Shown here piece by piece: positions 1 to 13,842 of a DNA stretch of 64,000 nucleotides (the first letter of the stretch is position 1; every line of letters begins with the position of its first letter). The notes under the pieces were generated by a model, which saw nothing but the letters and a program-made list of their open reading frames with translations, did no database searches and was not told the DNA's origin. The stretch comes from Carcharhinus amblyrhynchos (lineage: Eukaryota), in contig OZ336884.1 in assembly GCA_965287045.1 (NCBI GenBank), positions 54,622,001-54,686,000 of the forward strand, written 5' to 3'. The position numbers and the translations under genes are program-made.

Positions 1-269
1 CAACAACTTTGCATATAACCAACCAGTTGCATGATTTTCAGGATTTCTCCACCTTTACAATGATTGACACTGGCCTGAATTTCTGGTTTTAGGAGGGACC
101 AAAGCTACTTTTCTAACAGTGAAATGGAAAGCAGTCAAGCAGCTGAGGATATACACTGTTTTCCATTAAATACACATTAGAATAAAATTAGCAACATTTT
201 AAAATCTCTTAGAGACCAAATTCAAGTATGCTAATTTTAAGTAATGTAACTGGAGAGCTAGATTGTACA

Positions 270-391
270 AAAGCAAAATATTGCAAATGCTGGCAATCTG
301 AAATAAAAACAGAAAATGCTGGAAATGCTTAGCAGATCTGACAGCATCTTGGGAGAGAGCCACAGAGTTAATGTTTCAGGTCGATAATCAA
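270..391 (-). mobile_element. Penelope-like element family A, 3'-end fragment
   Basis: Contains AAAACAGAAAATGCTGGAAATGCTTAGCAGATCTGACAGCATC, shared with copies at 5.1, 16.8, 28.9 and 60.6 kb. Flanked by CTAGATTG(T/C)ACA at 258-269 and 392-403 (12-bp TSD, 1 mismatch). Confidence 0.65.
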
Positions 392-946
392 CTAGATTGC
401 ACAGCCATTTGGTAGCTCATACAGAAACAATTGATCTTTATGTATAATATATATACTTTGCTGTAATTTTTCTTCTATTTGGCATAGTTAGAATTGACAA
501 CAAAACCTTACAATGAATGTATATCCATAGTGGTGTGTTTCATATAGAAAATGTGAAAGAGAAATGGGGTGATTTTTCCATACATTATATAAAGCCAGTG
601 CAGGAGATTTTAGGAGATAATTGCTCAGGGTCCCAGCAATGAATGTGAATACCTAGCAATATTAGGATTAGAAAGTATTGCTGCAAAAGCGAATTTTCCT
701 TGGTTTAATCAGCAACTGTCACTTTTGGTAATTTGGTTTGTGTTTTTGGTGATGCAACAATCTCACAAGTCCTTCATAACATACTGACCTGGAATTTATT
801 GTGGTAATAATGGTGAAACTGTCAGCATTCATTGTCATGCCATTGAAACTGACAGGGGCTCAAGTCCAGGACGTGCTGTCAGTGAGTCTACAATGCTTTC
901 TATGATGCACTTTGGAAATTCTTCCTATAACAATCACTCTTATTAT

Positions 947-3860
947 TTATTTATGGGATTTGAGCATGGCTGGCTAGGTCAGCACTTTATGTCCAACCTG
1001 AATTTGCCTTTGAGAAGGTAGTGGAGCATGCTGTTGAACCATTGCAGTCTGTTTTGTAGGAATACCCACAATGTTGTTAGGAAAGGAATTCTGGAATTTT
1101 GACCCTGTGACAATATAGGAGCAGTGATATTGTTCCAAGTCAGGACAATGTGTGACTTGAAGAAAACTTCCAGGTGGTGATGCCCCCATGCATCTGCTGC
1201 CCTTGTCCTCCTAGGTTCCACGTAAACAGCAATTGAACATGGGTCAGTTGGTCCTAAGAGATGGGCCTTAGTGGGTTTGTCGAAAGATGCTGTTGAAGGA
1301 ACCTTGGTGAGTTGCTGCTGCCATTCTGTTGGTGGAGGGAGCAAAAGTTGACTGTGGTGAATGAGGTGCCAACCAAGTGGGCTGTTTTGTCCTGGATGAT
1401 TTTGAGCTTTTATTGCAGCTGCATCGATCCAGGCAATTAGAGTATTCCATCAGTATTTTGTAGAAGGTGGACAGTCATCGGTTCTTGTAGCCACAGCATT
1501 TATATGCTTGGTCCCATTCAATATATGGTCAATGTGCACAGCCCCCTGGATGTTGATAGTGTCAGTGATAGTAATGTCATTAAATGTTAAGGGGAGATGG
1601 TTAGATTTAGTCTTGTTGGAGATGGTCAATGCCTGGCACTTGTGTGGCGTGAAAATTACTTGTCATTTATCAGCTCCTAGCCTGAATATAGTCCAAGTCT
1701 TGTTACATGTGGATCTGGACTTCTTCAATATCTGAAGAGTCGCAAAAGCTGCTGAACATTGTGTAATCACCTGCAGACATCCCAATTTCTGACTTCACGA
1801 TGGAGGGAAGGTCATTGATGAGGCAGCAGAAGGTGGTTGGGTCCAGGATATTACCCTTAGAAACTCTTGCTAGGATGCCCCAGAACTGAACTGATTGACT
1901 ACCAACAACCACAACCATCTTCCTTTGTGCTAGGTGTGAATCCAACCTTGTGGAGAGTTTATACTCTGATGCCCATTGACTTGAGTTTTGCTGGGGCTCC
2001 TTGACGCTACACTTGGTCAAATGCTGTCAAGGGCAGTCATTCTCATCTCACCTGTTGAATTCAGTTCTTTTGTCCATTATTGGACGAAGGTTGTAATGAG
2101 ATTTGATGGCCCTGGTGGAACTCAAACTGAATGTCACTGAGAAGGTTATTACTGAGTAAGTGCAGCTTGATACACCCGTTGCGACACTTTTCATTGCTGC
2201 TGATGATCAGGAGTCAACTGATGGATCAGTAATTGGATTTGCCCTTTTTGTGGAGAGGGTGTCAGCAATTTTCTGCATTGCTGGCTAAATGCCAGTGTAC
2301 TGGAACAGTTTTGATAGCAGCATGGCTGGTTCTGGAACACAAGTCTGGAGTGCAATTGCTGAAATTTTGTCAGGGTTGTAGTGTTGTGTTATATCCAGTA
2401 TTTATCCATATCTTGATATCATGTGGAGTGAATTGGATTGACTAAAGACTAGCATGTATGAAGCTGGAGACCATTGGAGAAGGCCAGTATGGATTATTCA
2501 CTCAATATTTCTACCTGAAGGTGGCTGCAGTTGTTTCAATCTTGCACTATTTTGCACTATTATGCTGGGCTCCCTCATCATTGATGGGGATATTTGTGAA
2601 AATTCCTCCTCCTATTGGATGTTTAATTGTCCATCAACATTCAAGACTGGATGTGGCAGACTGCAGAAAGCTGATCTGATCCATTGGTTGTGATATTGCT
2701 TAACTTTGCCTATTGCCTGCTATTCTTGCTGTTTGGCTTGAAAGTAATTCTCTGTTGTATCCTCACCAGGTTGACAGCTTGGTTTTAGGTATGCCTGGTG
2801 CTATTTCTTACATGCCCTTCTGCACCAGGATTGATCCCTTAGCTTGATGGTAATGGTAGAGTGGAAGATATGCTGGGCCACGAAATTACGGATTGTGGTG
2901 ATGTGCAATTTTATTGCTGCTAATAGTCCACAGTGCCTCCTGGAAGCCCAGTTTTGAGTTGGATCTATTTGAAATCTATCTCTTCTGGCATGATGGTAGT
3001 GCTAAATAATAATTATGGAAGGTTTCCTTATTGTGAAGATGGGACTTCATCTCCACAAGGATTATGCTGTGGTCACTCCTACTGAGACTGTCATAGACAG
3101 CTGTATCTGTAAACAGGTAGATGGATGAGGATGATGTTAAGTAGGCTTTTCCTACTTTTTGGCTCCCTCACCACCTTCCAAAGACCTAGTCTAGCAGCTA
3201 TATCCTTTAGTACTCGGTCAGCTTGATCAGTAGTGCTACGACTAAGCCACTTTTGATGCTTTCTCCACATGGTGTTAAACATGAAGGACTACTGATTCAT
3301 CAGCAGAGCGGGGGGGATGGTATGTGGTAATCAGTAGGAGGTTGCCTTATCCATGTTTGACTTGATCTCAGACTTCGTGTGGTTCAGAGTTGCTGTTGAG
3401 GACTCCCATGGCAATTCCCTCCAGACTATATTCCATTATGGTGGCACTACTGTGGATCTGCCCTGTTGTGGAACAGGACATAGCCAGGTATAGTGGTGTC
3501 TGGGACATTGTCTATAGATAGGGTTCCATGAGTATTACTGTGCCAGACTGTTGCTTGACTAACCTGTAAGATAGCTCTTCCAATTTTAGCACAAACCCCC
3601 AGATGTTAATAAGGAAGACTATACAGGGTTGACAGGGCCGGCTGCACGATTTCTCTACCAGGTGCCTAGATTGATATTGAGTGGTCCATCTACTTTCATT
3701 CCTTTTGGACTTGATAGTGACTTATACAACTGAGTGGCTTGCTAGGCCATTTCAGAGTCAACCACATTGCTGGTGGTCTGGAGTCACATAGGCCGGACTC
3801 GGTAAGGAAGGCAATTTTTTTCCCTAAAGGATGTTAATGAATCAGATGGGCCTTTACACT
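947..3860 (-). mobile_element. Degenerate CR1/L2-superfamily LINE (ORF2 and 3' UTR)
   Basis: Minus-strand RT remnant (PTTFCCLINDLPSIVKSEIGMSAGD, a decayed FADD motif). Homologous to the + copy at 49.8-50.7 kb. Many stops and frameshifts; ends approximate. Confidence 0.85.
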
Positions 3861-4477
3861 GGAAAATCTGTGCCTTGTTGAATGAGGCTTGGCTGGGTTT
3901 TTATTGACATACTAACTTCATAATTCTTGGTAAACACTCTGATCCTGAAAAGTAATTTTGCATTTGTGGGATGTCCAATCTGTTCACAGAGTAAATGTTT
4001 CACATATTTAAAAATATAATTTGGTTTCAGTTTAACTTTCTAACATAATGCAGGATACACATTTTGCTGTCTAAAAATATAAATTAAAATTAATTATTTT
4101 GCATGCTTTTAACCCATTAATTTGCTATGTTTGAACACTTTATGTGATTGCTTATCTGCTTTCTGATCCAATTGCATCTGCATACCAAGACATCCACTTG
4201 ATTTGGCAACAGATTGCTATTGGGAATGGCAAAAAAACGCACAAAAGACATTACTAGATCTTTGAAGCCCAGCACATGAACATTTCCTTCGCCACTAACC
4301 ACAGAATTCAGGCCAGTATTACATGATGTCATCATCATCAAATACTGTTAACACGGGGCTTATTTATAACTAGCAAGAAATGTGAAAACTTCAATTCAAA
4401 ATTCCATAATGTATTGAACAATTTGGCTACTTGAGAGAATTTGCCAATTAGAACTGAATTATTGTTAGCAAGCTGCA

Positions 4478-4493
4478 GATGCCACCTAGTGTT
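4478..4493 (-). promoter_or_regulatory. Candidate CTCF site
   Basis: GATGCCACCTAGTGTT (reverse complement AACACTAGGTGGCATC) is close to the CCACYAGRTGGC CTCF core and lies in apparently non-repeat intronic DNA. Motif only. Confidence 0.35.
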
Positions 4494-5139
4494 TGAAAAG
4501 ATAAAAAACTATCAGTAGCAAGCCAGAAAAATAGATTATTCACCTCTGACACTTCTTCATATACGGCTTTCTCCGTGTACTGCTGGGGTGAACTGACATT
4601 AGGTTGCAGTCCTGGAGATGAAGCATGGCTTAAAGGATATTTTCCTGTTTGAGGTTTGTGATGGAACAGAAGAATAACCTATGTGACCTCTATCTGTTCT
4701 CAGAAAAAGCAATTTTCCAGAGCACTTGTGTGACCAATTGCTCCTTATGATGTGGACTGCTATTTACACCCGTCTGCATTAAATTTCATCAGCCATTTTT
4801 CCGCCCAATTACATTAGCTTTGCAGCAATTTCAGATGTTGTTGCATCCTTAACAATGGGAGGAGATCATGAGCATCGTCTGACCACCTCAGTCAATTAGC
4901 CTCTCTCACAAAGACAATTAAGGATGGCCAAAAGTACAGAGTAATGACACTAATTCAGGTGGTTTACATAGGTTGGCTTTGAGTAAAAATCATATTTGGC
5001 GGAAGTTGCCAAAGTTAAAAGGTTGGATGTTACAAATTTGGGTTGTTGCAGGTAGTTTCTCAAATTAATTGGCAGTGGATCTCATGTCCCTTGCATGGTA
5101 GAATTAACTTAAACTGCTTAATATTTACTTAGCCAACAG

Positions 5140-5775
5140 AGTCCAAAAGAGAAAATGCTGGAAAATCTCAGCAAGTCTGGCAGCACCTATAAGGAGAGAA
5201 AAGAGCTGATGAGCAGATGATCCTTTGTCAAAGCTAAAAGGCATAGAAAGTAGGAGATATTTATACTGCAGGGTGGGGGAATGAATGATGAGTCATAGCC
5301 ATGGAAACCAGGGGAAAAAGATTGCTAATGTCAGTCCACAGAGAGAATAAAGGATGTGAATGGCCAAACGGCAGAGAGTAAGCTGTGACAGATGAAGATG
5401 TTGTGTGAGGGTGGGGGGAGGGGGTGGGATGGATGGGACAGAGGTAAAATTTAGAAAAGGGGGAGAAAAGTAAGGGAAGGGGATAAAGTAGGGGGAAAGA
5501 GTGGGGAGGGAGAAGAAAAAATGAAGAAAGACAATAAAGAAATGGGAGAGAACAGTAAAAAATTAAATAAAATAGAATGAAAACAAAAGGGTTGGGGTGG
5601 GGTAGAGCTAATCATCTTAAGTTGTTGAATTTGATGTTGAGACCGGACGAGCCGGAAGATGAATTGTGCTGTTCCTCCAGTTTGCTTTGAGCTTCACTGA
5701 AACATTGTAGCAGGCCAAGGACAGACATATGGGCATGGGAGCAGGATTGTGTGTTAAAGATAACAGAGTAACTGG
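5140..5775 (-). mobile_element. 5'-truncated Penelope-like element family A (GIY-YIG C-terminus, pyrimidine-rich 3' UTR, decayed hammerhead)
   Basis: ORF 5612-5824(-) includes FNTQSCSHAHMSVLGLLQCFSEAQSKLEEQH...GLNIKFNNLR, matching the PLE endonuclease C-terminus (HF...E...GLN). Terminal motif shared with other family A ends. Decayed CTGA-GA/GAAA region near 5205-5235. Confidence 0.8.
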
Positions 5776-7686
5776 GGGATGCAACTGCATGTCTCCCTTC
5801 AAAAATAAACTTGATGTTGTACATATCCTTCTGTGTGCTTCTTCAGTATTTTAGAAGGTGCATCAAATTATTACTAGATATGGTGAGTCTGAAATTGATT
5901 GTTACATTGCTTTATTTCAGAGTCACATTAATACATAAACAGAAGGCCTTCTAACCATTGTTCCCTTTTTTATATTGCAGGGGCTATTGGTTTAAGTGCG
6001 CTGCCCCTTTAATTTTTTTTTGGTGTGGCAACGTATGCATGGTAATTTAGAGGGGGTCAACCCTGTGTGCATAACTTGTGCAGGAAAATTTGGCATGTTA
6101 CAAGGCCACATGACCAGGCAGCTTTCTGGGAGCATTACTTTCAAACTTTCAAGCATCTCTAACCTTTTTGCCTTGGCATAGGCCATCACATTACATTGCT
6201 TTGACAAATCTAACTGCCTTTTCAGCCTTTTTGTTTCAAAAACTCTCTCTCTATTCCTGTGTCCTCTTCCCAGACAGATAAAAAGACTTTTGCTTTAGTG
6301 TCCTTTTTTAAAAAAAGTAAGAGTATGCATGTTTCTTTTAAAATTTCAACACCAAAGATATCTCACTTTCCAAATCCTTTTAAGTGGGTAAAATAATAAG
6401 TGGGGAATCCTGAAGTGTTTTGACGAATCTTGCATTTTTTTAAGTAATGGAAAGTTCCTGATTTTTGCTGCTGACTTTACTGAAAACATTTCCTCAGCAT
6501 GCCAGTGGAGCATCTTCAGAACTGACCACTTGAATTCTAATACACAATGTAAGTTTAGAAAGTAGGGTGGAACTTTCACTTATATCATGTTTTTCATATC
6601 CTCAGGATTCCCAAAATGCTTCATAGCCAAGGAAATACATTTTAAATATAATCACTGTTATGATGGCAAATGCAGCTGCCAGTTTGTTTTTTCTACTGTG
6701 GGAACTTATCTATTCTTATTTGAAAAGTGATTTGGAAACATTTACTTGCACAGTATGTGCAGGTGGGGCCTCAGTTTAATACTAATCTGGAAAAAAAGGA
6801 ATTTTGAAAATACGGCACCTCTTCAGCACTGCACTGAAATGTCAACCTAGAGTGATGCCTGAAGTAAAGCTTGAACTCTCAAACCCCTAATTCAGAAGCA
6901 GCTATGCTACCTAAAAAGCAAGCTGACACTTGCTATCTACCAATGACGTACATAATAACATGAAGTATAATTAGGTAAAAAGTGCTGGAGGGGAAATCAA
7001 GCCCCTCTATTCCATCTGTAACTCTGACACCAGGGTGGAACCCATTGTAACAAGGGAACTCCTACAAGTATCTATAAGTTACTAAGTAAGCATAGAATTA
7101 AGACAATAAAATTAGTCTGGCTGCATGTAAACTAAAATAACAAAAATCTTCTGTAAGATATTTATGATGTTGTCAAAAAGTCTACAAATGTTTAACACTG
7201 TACTTAAAGTTATTAACGTGTATCTGGATTAAAGATTTAACAGCTTAAAGCTCAAAAATAAAGAATTACCTGACTACTACCAAAAACAATGAATCTTTGA
7301 AATAAAATTTACTTTTTATTTCCTTTTGAACTAGGTATATGGAATGTTTTCTCCTAAAATTGGCAAAAAAGTAAAGCTAAAACCCCAACACAGGCTTGAC
7401 CTTGATTCAAACATAAGAGATAAAAGAGGGGGACTTTTCTGATATGCCAATGTCACAACATCACAGACCTCTTAAAGGGGAAATTGCTTCACCTATATTT
7501 TATTTTTGTTCACACGCAGCTGATTTGGTGCTGGTCACTTCAGCACTGTGGGTGATGTACATTGGATTACTTTAAGTACGCTGCATTCAATTTGCACTAC
7601 TGCCAATACAGTTTTAAAGCCTGAGTTATTTTAAGTCCCAACCCAATGATTCCATGAGAATTGTCAAGGAAGTCGGGACTTCCGAT

Positions 7687-8227
7687 GGGCAATTTCTCTG
7701 AAAAAGTCTCCAACTCTGAGAGTTTGGACAGTTCCAACTCACTCACTAGAATAGTTATACAAGAAATGTTAGATTAAAACCTGGTGCAGCACTATACAAC
7801 TCACATGCAATCACTTCCACTGACCCCACACAACAGTTCTTGCCCCAACCCCAAATTCTCCTGTTAACCCAACCTGACTAGCGCCCCCCCCCACCCGACT
7901 CTTCAACTATCACAACCATTCTACCTGATTTTGCCACCCTACGCATTTACCATACCCACCTGCCTCCTTAGCCACTTATTTTACCCCCTCACCAACCCTA
8001 CCTCCTTACCACTTACCTGACCAACATTACTCCACCTCTTTACCATTTACTTACCCACTTTCTTACACGTGTACATTCCCTCTCGAGCTTTTCAAAGAAG
8101 CTTTGGGATATTGAAACTCTCCTCACCGTAAAAAGGAGGTGTGGTTTCCCCCAGACTCTTTCTGCTGCTCCCTCCAAAGTTTTTAGTGCCAAGTCAGTGT
8201 GGAAGAATTTCTCTCAGAAGATTGCTC
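7687..8227. mobile_element. Probable non-autonomous DNA transposon (MITE) with C-rich interior
   Basis: Imperfect terminal inverted repeats GGGCAATTTCTCTGA and TCAGAAGATTGCTC. Interior resembles the C-rich tract at about 54.2-54.5 kb. Confidence 0.4.
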
Positions 8228-8689
8228 TGAAATACCGGAGGAAAGTAAGTGTGTATATTTTCTGTCTGTTCAGGGTCAGAAATAAGGCTTTGACCCTGAA
8301 CAAAAGATTTAATCTTTGAAGTTTGAAAGAATGTCTTCCCCATGCTTTGCTGTTCCAAGGCATATACCAGTTATATTAGTGGCTGATGCACTATTAAACC
8401 TTCACTTGTATCACATTTAGCTCACTGCCAATGTATCAGAAGATCCAGAATCGATCTTTGTTGTGAATTGAATTTTCTTACCATCTGAATAAGCAGCTGA
8501 CTTTTACATAGTGCTCCCTCACCATGTCATGCTTTAGACTTGGAGGCTGGTCCAGTGGATGACTGTGGTCACAAGCCTGTAGTGGGAAGACTGCAGTCAT
8601 TGTGTTTGGTATCCACCAGAAACTCCATTCCACTGTCTACAATTTCCAGCTTTGACCACTGTCTGAAGCTAAGCAAGACCACACAAAAT

Positions 8690-9880
8690 CTTAGTATTGT
8701 ACATGACCCTGAGATGAGTGTGTAACCATATACATACAATGTGGCCCAGACTTCCAAAGCAGAACACTATAGGCCATTTAGTTTGACATCTGTTATCGAG
8801 AAAAAGCTGGAATCCACAAATAAGGAAGTGGTAGTAGTGCACTTGGAAACTCTTAAGACAATCGAGTAGAGTCAGCATAAATTTATGAAAGAAAAATTGA
8901 GTTTGACAATTATTTTTAGTGTTCTTAGAGGATTTAACAAGCTGAGTGGATGAAGGGGAATCATTAGATGTGGTGTATTTGGATGTTCAAAAGGCATTTG
9001 GTAAGGTGTCACACAAAAGACAGCAGCACAGGAAAAGAGTGGATGACACTGAACTTGGGACTGTTGTGGACTGTGAGGAAAATAATGATAATCTCAGGCA
9101 GATATAGATAGGCTGTTGGAATGGGTGGACATGTGAAATATGAAATTTAGTGAAGAGGAGTGTACTCAAGTACACAAGAAATAGGATCAGCAGTGGATCA
9201 TATGGCCCATTGAGCCTGCTCCATCATCCAATATGATCATTAGCTGATTTTAGCTTCAACTGCCATTCCCCATACACCTCAGCTTCCTGAGAGATCAAAA
9301 TGGTGCAAAGTGATGCATTTTGGTATGAATAATATGGAAAGGCAATACAAAATAATGGACGTAATTCTAAAAGGGGTGCAAGATCAGAGACATGTACATG
9401 TGCACAAATTGTTTAAGATGGCAGGGAAGGTTGATAAATTGGTTAACCAGACAGGATCCTCGGCTTTGTAAACCAAGCATAGAGTACAAAAACGAGAAAG
9501 ACATGATGAACTTTTACAAGACACTGGTTTAACCTCAATTAGAGTACTGTATTTAATTCTGGGTACTATATTTTTGAAAGGATGTAGTGGTTTTGGAGAA
9601 ATGTCAAAACGGCTTGACAGGGTCAATGTTGAGTTGGTGCCAAAGAGCCAATGGTGACATGAGGAAAAGCATTATTACATAATGAATGGTTAGGATGTGG
9701 AATATATTGCCTTAAGAGTATGGTGAAGGTAGATTCAGTTATGGCTTTCAAAAGAGTTGGATAAGCACCTGGGGTGATTTTCGAGGCACAGGGAAAGGGT
9801 GGGGAGGGAACTAGCTGAGTTACTCTTGCAGAGAGCTGCCATGGATACGATGGGCCATTTAATGTCCTCCTATGATTCTA
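8690..9880 (+). mobile_element. Degenerate CR1 LINE ORF2/3' fragments, with an antisense CR1 3' end nested near 9170-9295
   Basis: CR1 motifs in AACTATAGGCCA (NYRP) and GATGTGGTGTATTTGGATGTTCAAAAGGCATTTG (DVVYLD.QKAF). CR1-type 3' UTR ends in TATGATTCTAT. Confidence 0.75.
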
Positions 9881-10536
9881 TTCACCTTTGATTATCAGCT
9901 CTGGAATTCCCTCTTTTAAAGCTCTACCCCTCTTCTGTTTCAAGATGCTCCTTTAAAAACCACCTGTTTGATCAAGTTTTTGGTCATCTGTCCTGATGGC
10001 CCTTTCAGTGGCAAGTTGGCAGTATGTTTTTATTGATATCACTGTTCTTAAGCACCTTGGCGCATTTTACTATGTTAAAGGCTTTGTCAAAATCTAGGTT
10101 GTTATAATGGCTTAGTGGAGTTTAAGATATTGATGAAGTTAAATTATCACAGATTAGTGGATCGTTTAGACACCCTGATCTTTTGACAATATCTTTGCAA
10201 ATTTTTAATTCGGCAGCCTATAATTATTGGGTTCAGCAACTCCACCTAGCCAGTCCCCGAGAATATTGTCAGCAAACTTCTGGAACAAGAAAATGGGAAA
10301 CATTAACAGAAGTAGAAAAAAGGTTGATATTCTGTTCTTTATAAAATGGTGATGATGTTCGGGTTTCCTCTTCATGTTGTGACATTATTTTTAAATAGTA
10401 ATGAACTTTGTCAATCTACTGTATTGCACAAATTGCCTAAGCATGTTTCTGTATTGAAATGCAAGAAACCTTTTTTATATTGACTTAACTGTTAAGAAAG
10501 AATTTGAGTGTAGGTTATTACTGGCCTTTCCAACAG

Positions 10537-10704
10537 AGAGAAAAGAGCCTAACCATGAGTATTCATCAACAAACACGTGAAAGTGACAGCTGGGTTACTG
10601 ATTTCCTCGTGCCTTCATGGGTCTGTTTACCAGATGATCAACCCATTTTGGTTGTTGTACATCCAGGGAACTCAGCACAGGAAATTCTTGAAGTTGCCTG
10701 TAAG
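10537..10704 (+). CDS. TIAM1: TIAM1-like Rac GEF, internal coding exon (start of Ras-binding domain)
   Basis: Acceptor ttccaacag| and donor AAG|gtatgt; 168 nt, phase 0-0. Encodes REKSLT...VPSWVCLPDDQPILVVVHPGNSAQEILEVACK, matching TIAM1 PSWFCLPNNQPALTVVRPGDTARDTLELICK (recalled). Orthology versus paralogy unresolved. Confidence 0.9.
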
Positions 10705-11899
10705 GTATGTCCAAGATTAATTCTTCCTATACTTTCGACAAGTACTTATTAGAGGAGTTGACTACAGACAAAGTTACTTTGAAATGTAGCTGTTGGCGAA
10801 ATAAAGGACCCCACAGAACTTTAAGAGATTGATTCCACAATGAAAGTATTTTATTAAAATTGAGAGCTGATTGTAAAAGCTTGATAATTATTTTTGCTTA
10901 ATAAATCCTTTATTTAATTCGGTTGTTTAATATTGATTTTATTCCTCTTACTGAAATTGCTACTCTGTTCAAAGCTTTTAAATCACCTTTTGCATTATTA
11001 CCTTTAAAAACTTTTTTCCTTCACAACAAGCAGCAACCAGCTTAATAATATCTGAAATACTCATTTATTTCCATGATTTTGATGTCCATTCCGCAACCCT
11101 GGTACAACGCCTGTTCGATTGTGTACCAGTATAATTTTGTTAGTGATTTGTATTTGTATTTATCCATGTTGTGGTTCAAAACACACAATTTCCATAGTCT
11201 GTGTTATATAGAAAAGTGGATATCATCACTGAGCAAAGGAACATTTATCTGTATTGTATTGAATGCATTATGTACTAAAGTAAATATTGTAGATCAATCC
11301 TCAGAAAGCAATCTGTACAAAAATAAAATTGTCAGTAGTAACTAGCACTGCCTGCAGTTTACGATTTCTTAAGTGCTAGGATAAAACAGAAGGTGTAATC
11401 CCAAAATCAATGTAATTTCTTAAAGGTTTTCATTGACACAGTATTTCATAGTTTTTGTTATCCTTTAGTTTTTTTCAGCAGATTTTAACTTCTGAATGAA
11501 TTTGAAATCAGCCATCAGGGAGTTTGCCACTTGTAAAATGAAGTATCTAAGAGAATAGTTCGTATTTTGTTTCACTTAATTAATTTTTTAAGCCAATTGC
11601 AATATAGTCAATGGAAAGTTTAAAGTACTTGTATCTATTTAATTTAAACAGAATGTATTTACATTTAGACAAGTTTATGATTACCAGTTAATGGTACTTC
11701 ATTATTTTGGCATACAGAGAATTCCTTATTTTAAAAAAAAAATCAGTCTGTGCTTCTTTTTGTTGAGGACAGTCACTTTTTTTCTTCACTTATGTGTTTG
11801 GTAACTCTTGCAGAGGGATTGATCCACAAGTGTAATTAGCCTTCTTGCCAAGTCGCAGTTAATCATGCATAACTCTAGACAGAGTCACCATGTAATTTG

Positions 11900-12295
11900 G
11901 CCTTGAGGCTTGTCTCCAAATTATCTGTCCATGGATGTGAGCAATGTGGGTATGGCTGCATCCTGAATTGCCCTGAGAAGATGGTGGTTAGCTTGCTTGA
12001 ATTGCAGAATAGTCTGATGTCAGAAATTCCAGAAATTTGTCCCAACAGTACTGAATGAAAAATAATACCTGTTCAACTCAAGCGCTTCACTTTAAGGGAA
12101 AGCTTTGAGTTGATTTTGTTCCCATGATGTTGTAGTTCTTATTGTTCTTAGTAGTTGAGATCACATAGCTTGACGGTGCTCTTGGTAGTTGAATGTGTTA
12201 CTGCAGCTGTAGTGAGCTGGTGGTAAATGTGGTGGATACTGAGTCCAGCAACAGGCAAGCTAAAGCTCTATCCCGATTGGAGTTGGACTTGTATT
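11900..12295 (-). mobile_element. Old 3' fragment of the CR1/L2-type LINE family seen at 947-3860
   Basis: Colinear similarity to 950-1420 (CCTGAATTGCCCTGAGAAG...TTCCAGAAATTTG). Confidence 0.6.
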
Positions 12296-12869
12296 GTTTG
12301 ATCAGTATAGACCCCTTAAGATTCTTGTTCTTGATAAAAAGCAACCTGGCAAAGATCAGAGATCAAACCCAAAACATTTGTAACCAAGTATTGTAGTATG
12401 CGATGAGCTGAAAAATCATTCAAAATACAACTTAACTTCTTGTTGTACAAATGTACTATTAAAATGGTTTTTATATATATAAAAAGGTAGATGGATAGTT
12501 TTTTGAATATATAGAAAATGGTTAAGTTTCAAAAATGATTTGGGCAACTAAATAATGGGTTAATTCAATATTTATATTGCTGCATTCCTGTCATGATTGT
12601 GTGCAGCCAATGCCTTAATGTTAGTCAGTGATTACGTAAAAACAACTGCACAATAAAAATGGTATTTTGCTCTTTATGCTCAAGTGGATTCATTGTTATA
12701 AATATAAAAATGATTTTCGGTTGTCTCTTAACCTTTACAGCATTTTAAAAAATCTTTTGGTCCAGATTCCAGGCTGACAAAAATAGTAAAACAATCCAAC
12801 TCGATACATTTTATACACTGTTTTTATGTTTACCTATAGCTGACATTATTAAAATAAACAAAACATTAA

Positions 12870-13375
12870 GAAGAAAGCTTACACATTAGAATTGGGATAG
12901 GCCATTTGAATTTCTCTTTATCTTCATCTTAGAAATCAGTCAAGTGAACCTTCTCTGTATTGCTTATAATGTAATTATATCCTTCATTAAGTAAGGAGAC
13001 CAACACTATACAGTAATCCAGATCGGTCTCACCAATACCCTGTATAATTTCTCTACTTTTATGTTTAATTCCCCTTGCAATAAAGGCCAGCATTCCATTT
13101 GCTTTCCTCATCACTTGCTGCAACTGCACACCAACTTGATGATTTATGTACCAGGACACCCAGATCCCTCTATGGTTATAAAGTTCTGCAATCTCTTTCC
13201 ATTCAAACCATAAACTGCTTTTCTGCCAAAGTGGGTGAGTTCACATTTTCCCATTTTTGCCCATTCAGTTAACTTAGCTGAATCCCTTTGCAAACTCTTT
13301 ATCATATTGAGAGGCTACTTTCCCACTTATCTGTGTGTCATCAGCAAATTTAGCTACTTTTGATAACCTTCCAAG
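12870..13375 (-). mobile_element. CR1 LINE ORF2 fragments
   Basis: ORF-track peptides KVAKFADDTQISGKV and QVMRKANGMLAFIARGI are typical CR1 RT motifs. Confidence 0.8.
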
Positions 13376-13529
13376 ACTAGCTGCACAGTCAAACTGAAGT
13401 GATGAGATGTTTGTTTCAATGTAAGGTGGACTGTGAAGGAGAAAAGCAGCATTAATAGACACAGAAGTGCAGATGCACTCAAAAATATACACAAGAATAT
13501 ATATGTATAGATAATGGAAGAAAAAAACA

Positions 13530-13842
13530 TAATCATACAATCCCTACATTTCAGAAGGAGGCCATTTGGCCCATCAAGCCTCTACCGACTATCCAAAAGA
13601 ACATCTCATCTTGCCCCCCCCCTCCCCCGCCCTATCCCTGTGACCCCACACATTCAGTCTCCCTAATCTACACATCATGGGACAATTTATCATGGCCAAT
13701 CTACCTAAGCTGTGCACCTTTGGACTGTGGATGGAATCCGGAACACCCGGAGGAAACCCATACAGACAATGACCCAAGGCTGGAATCGAAACATGGTCTC
13801 TGATGCTATCAGGTAGCAGTGCTAACCACTGTGCCGGCCACA
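13530..13842 (-). mobile_element. HE1-type V-SINE
   Basis: tRNA-derived head (reverse complement GGCACAGTGGTTAGCACTGCT, B box TTCGATTCC), V-domain GGGTTTCCTCCGGGTG and CR1-like tail. Confidence 0.85.

Noticed and set aside
8267-8302. 12-bp inverted repeat TGTTCAGGGTCA/TGACCCTGAACA with GGTCA half-sites
   Set aside because: The 12-nt spacer does not fit an oestrogen response element, and one short hairpin is too weak to interpret.
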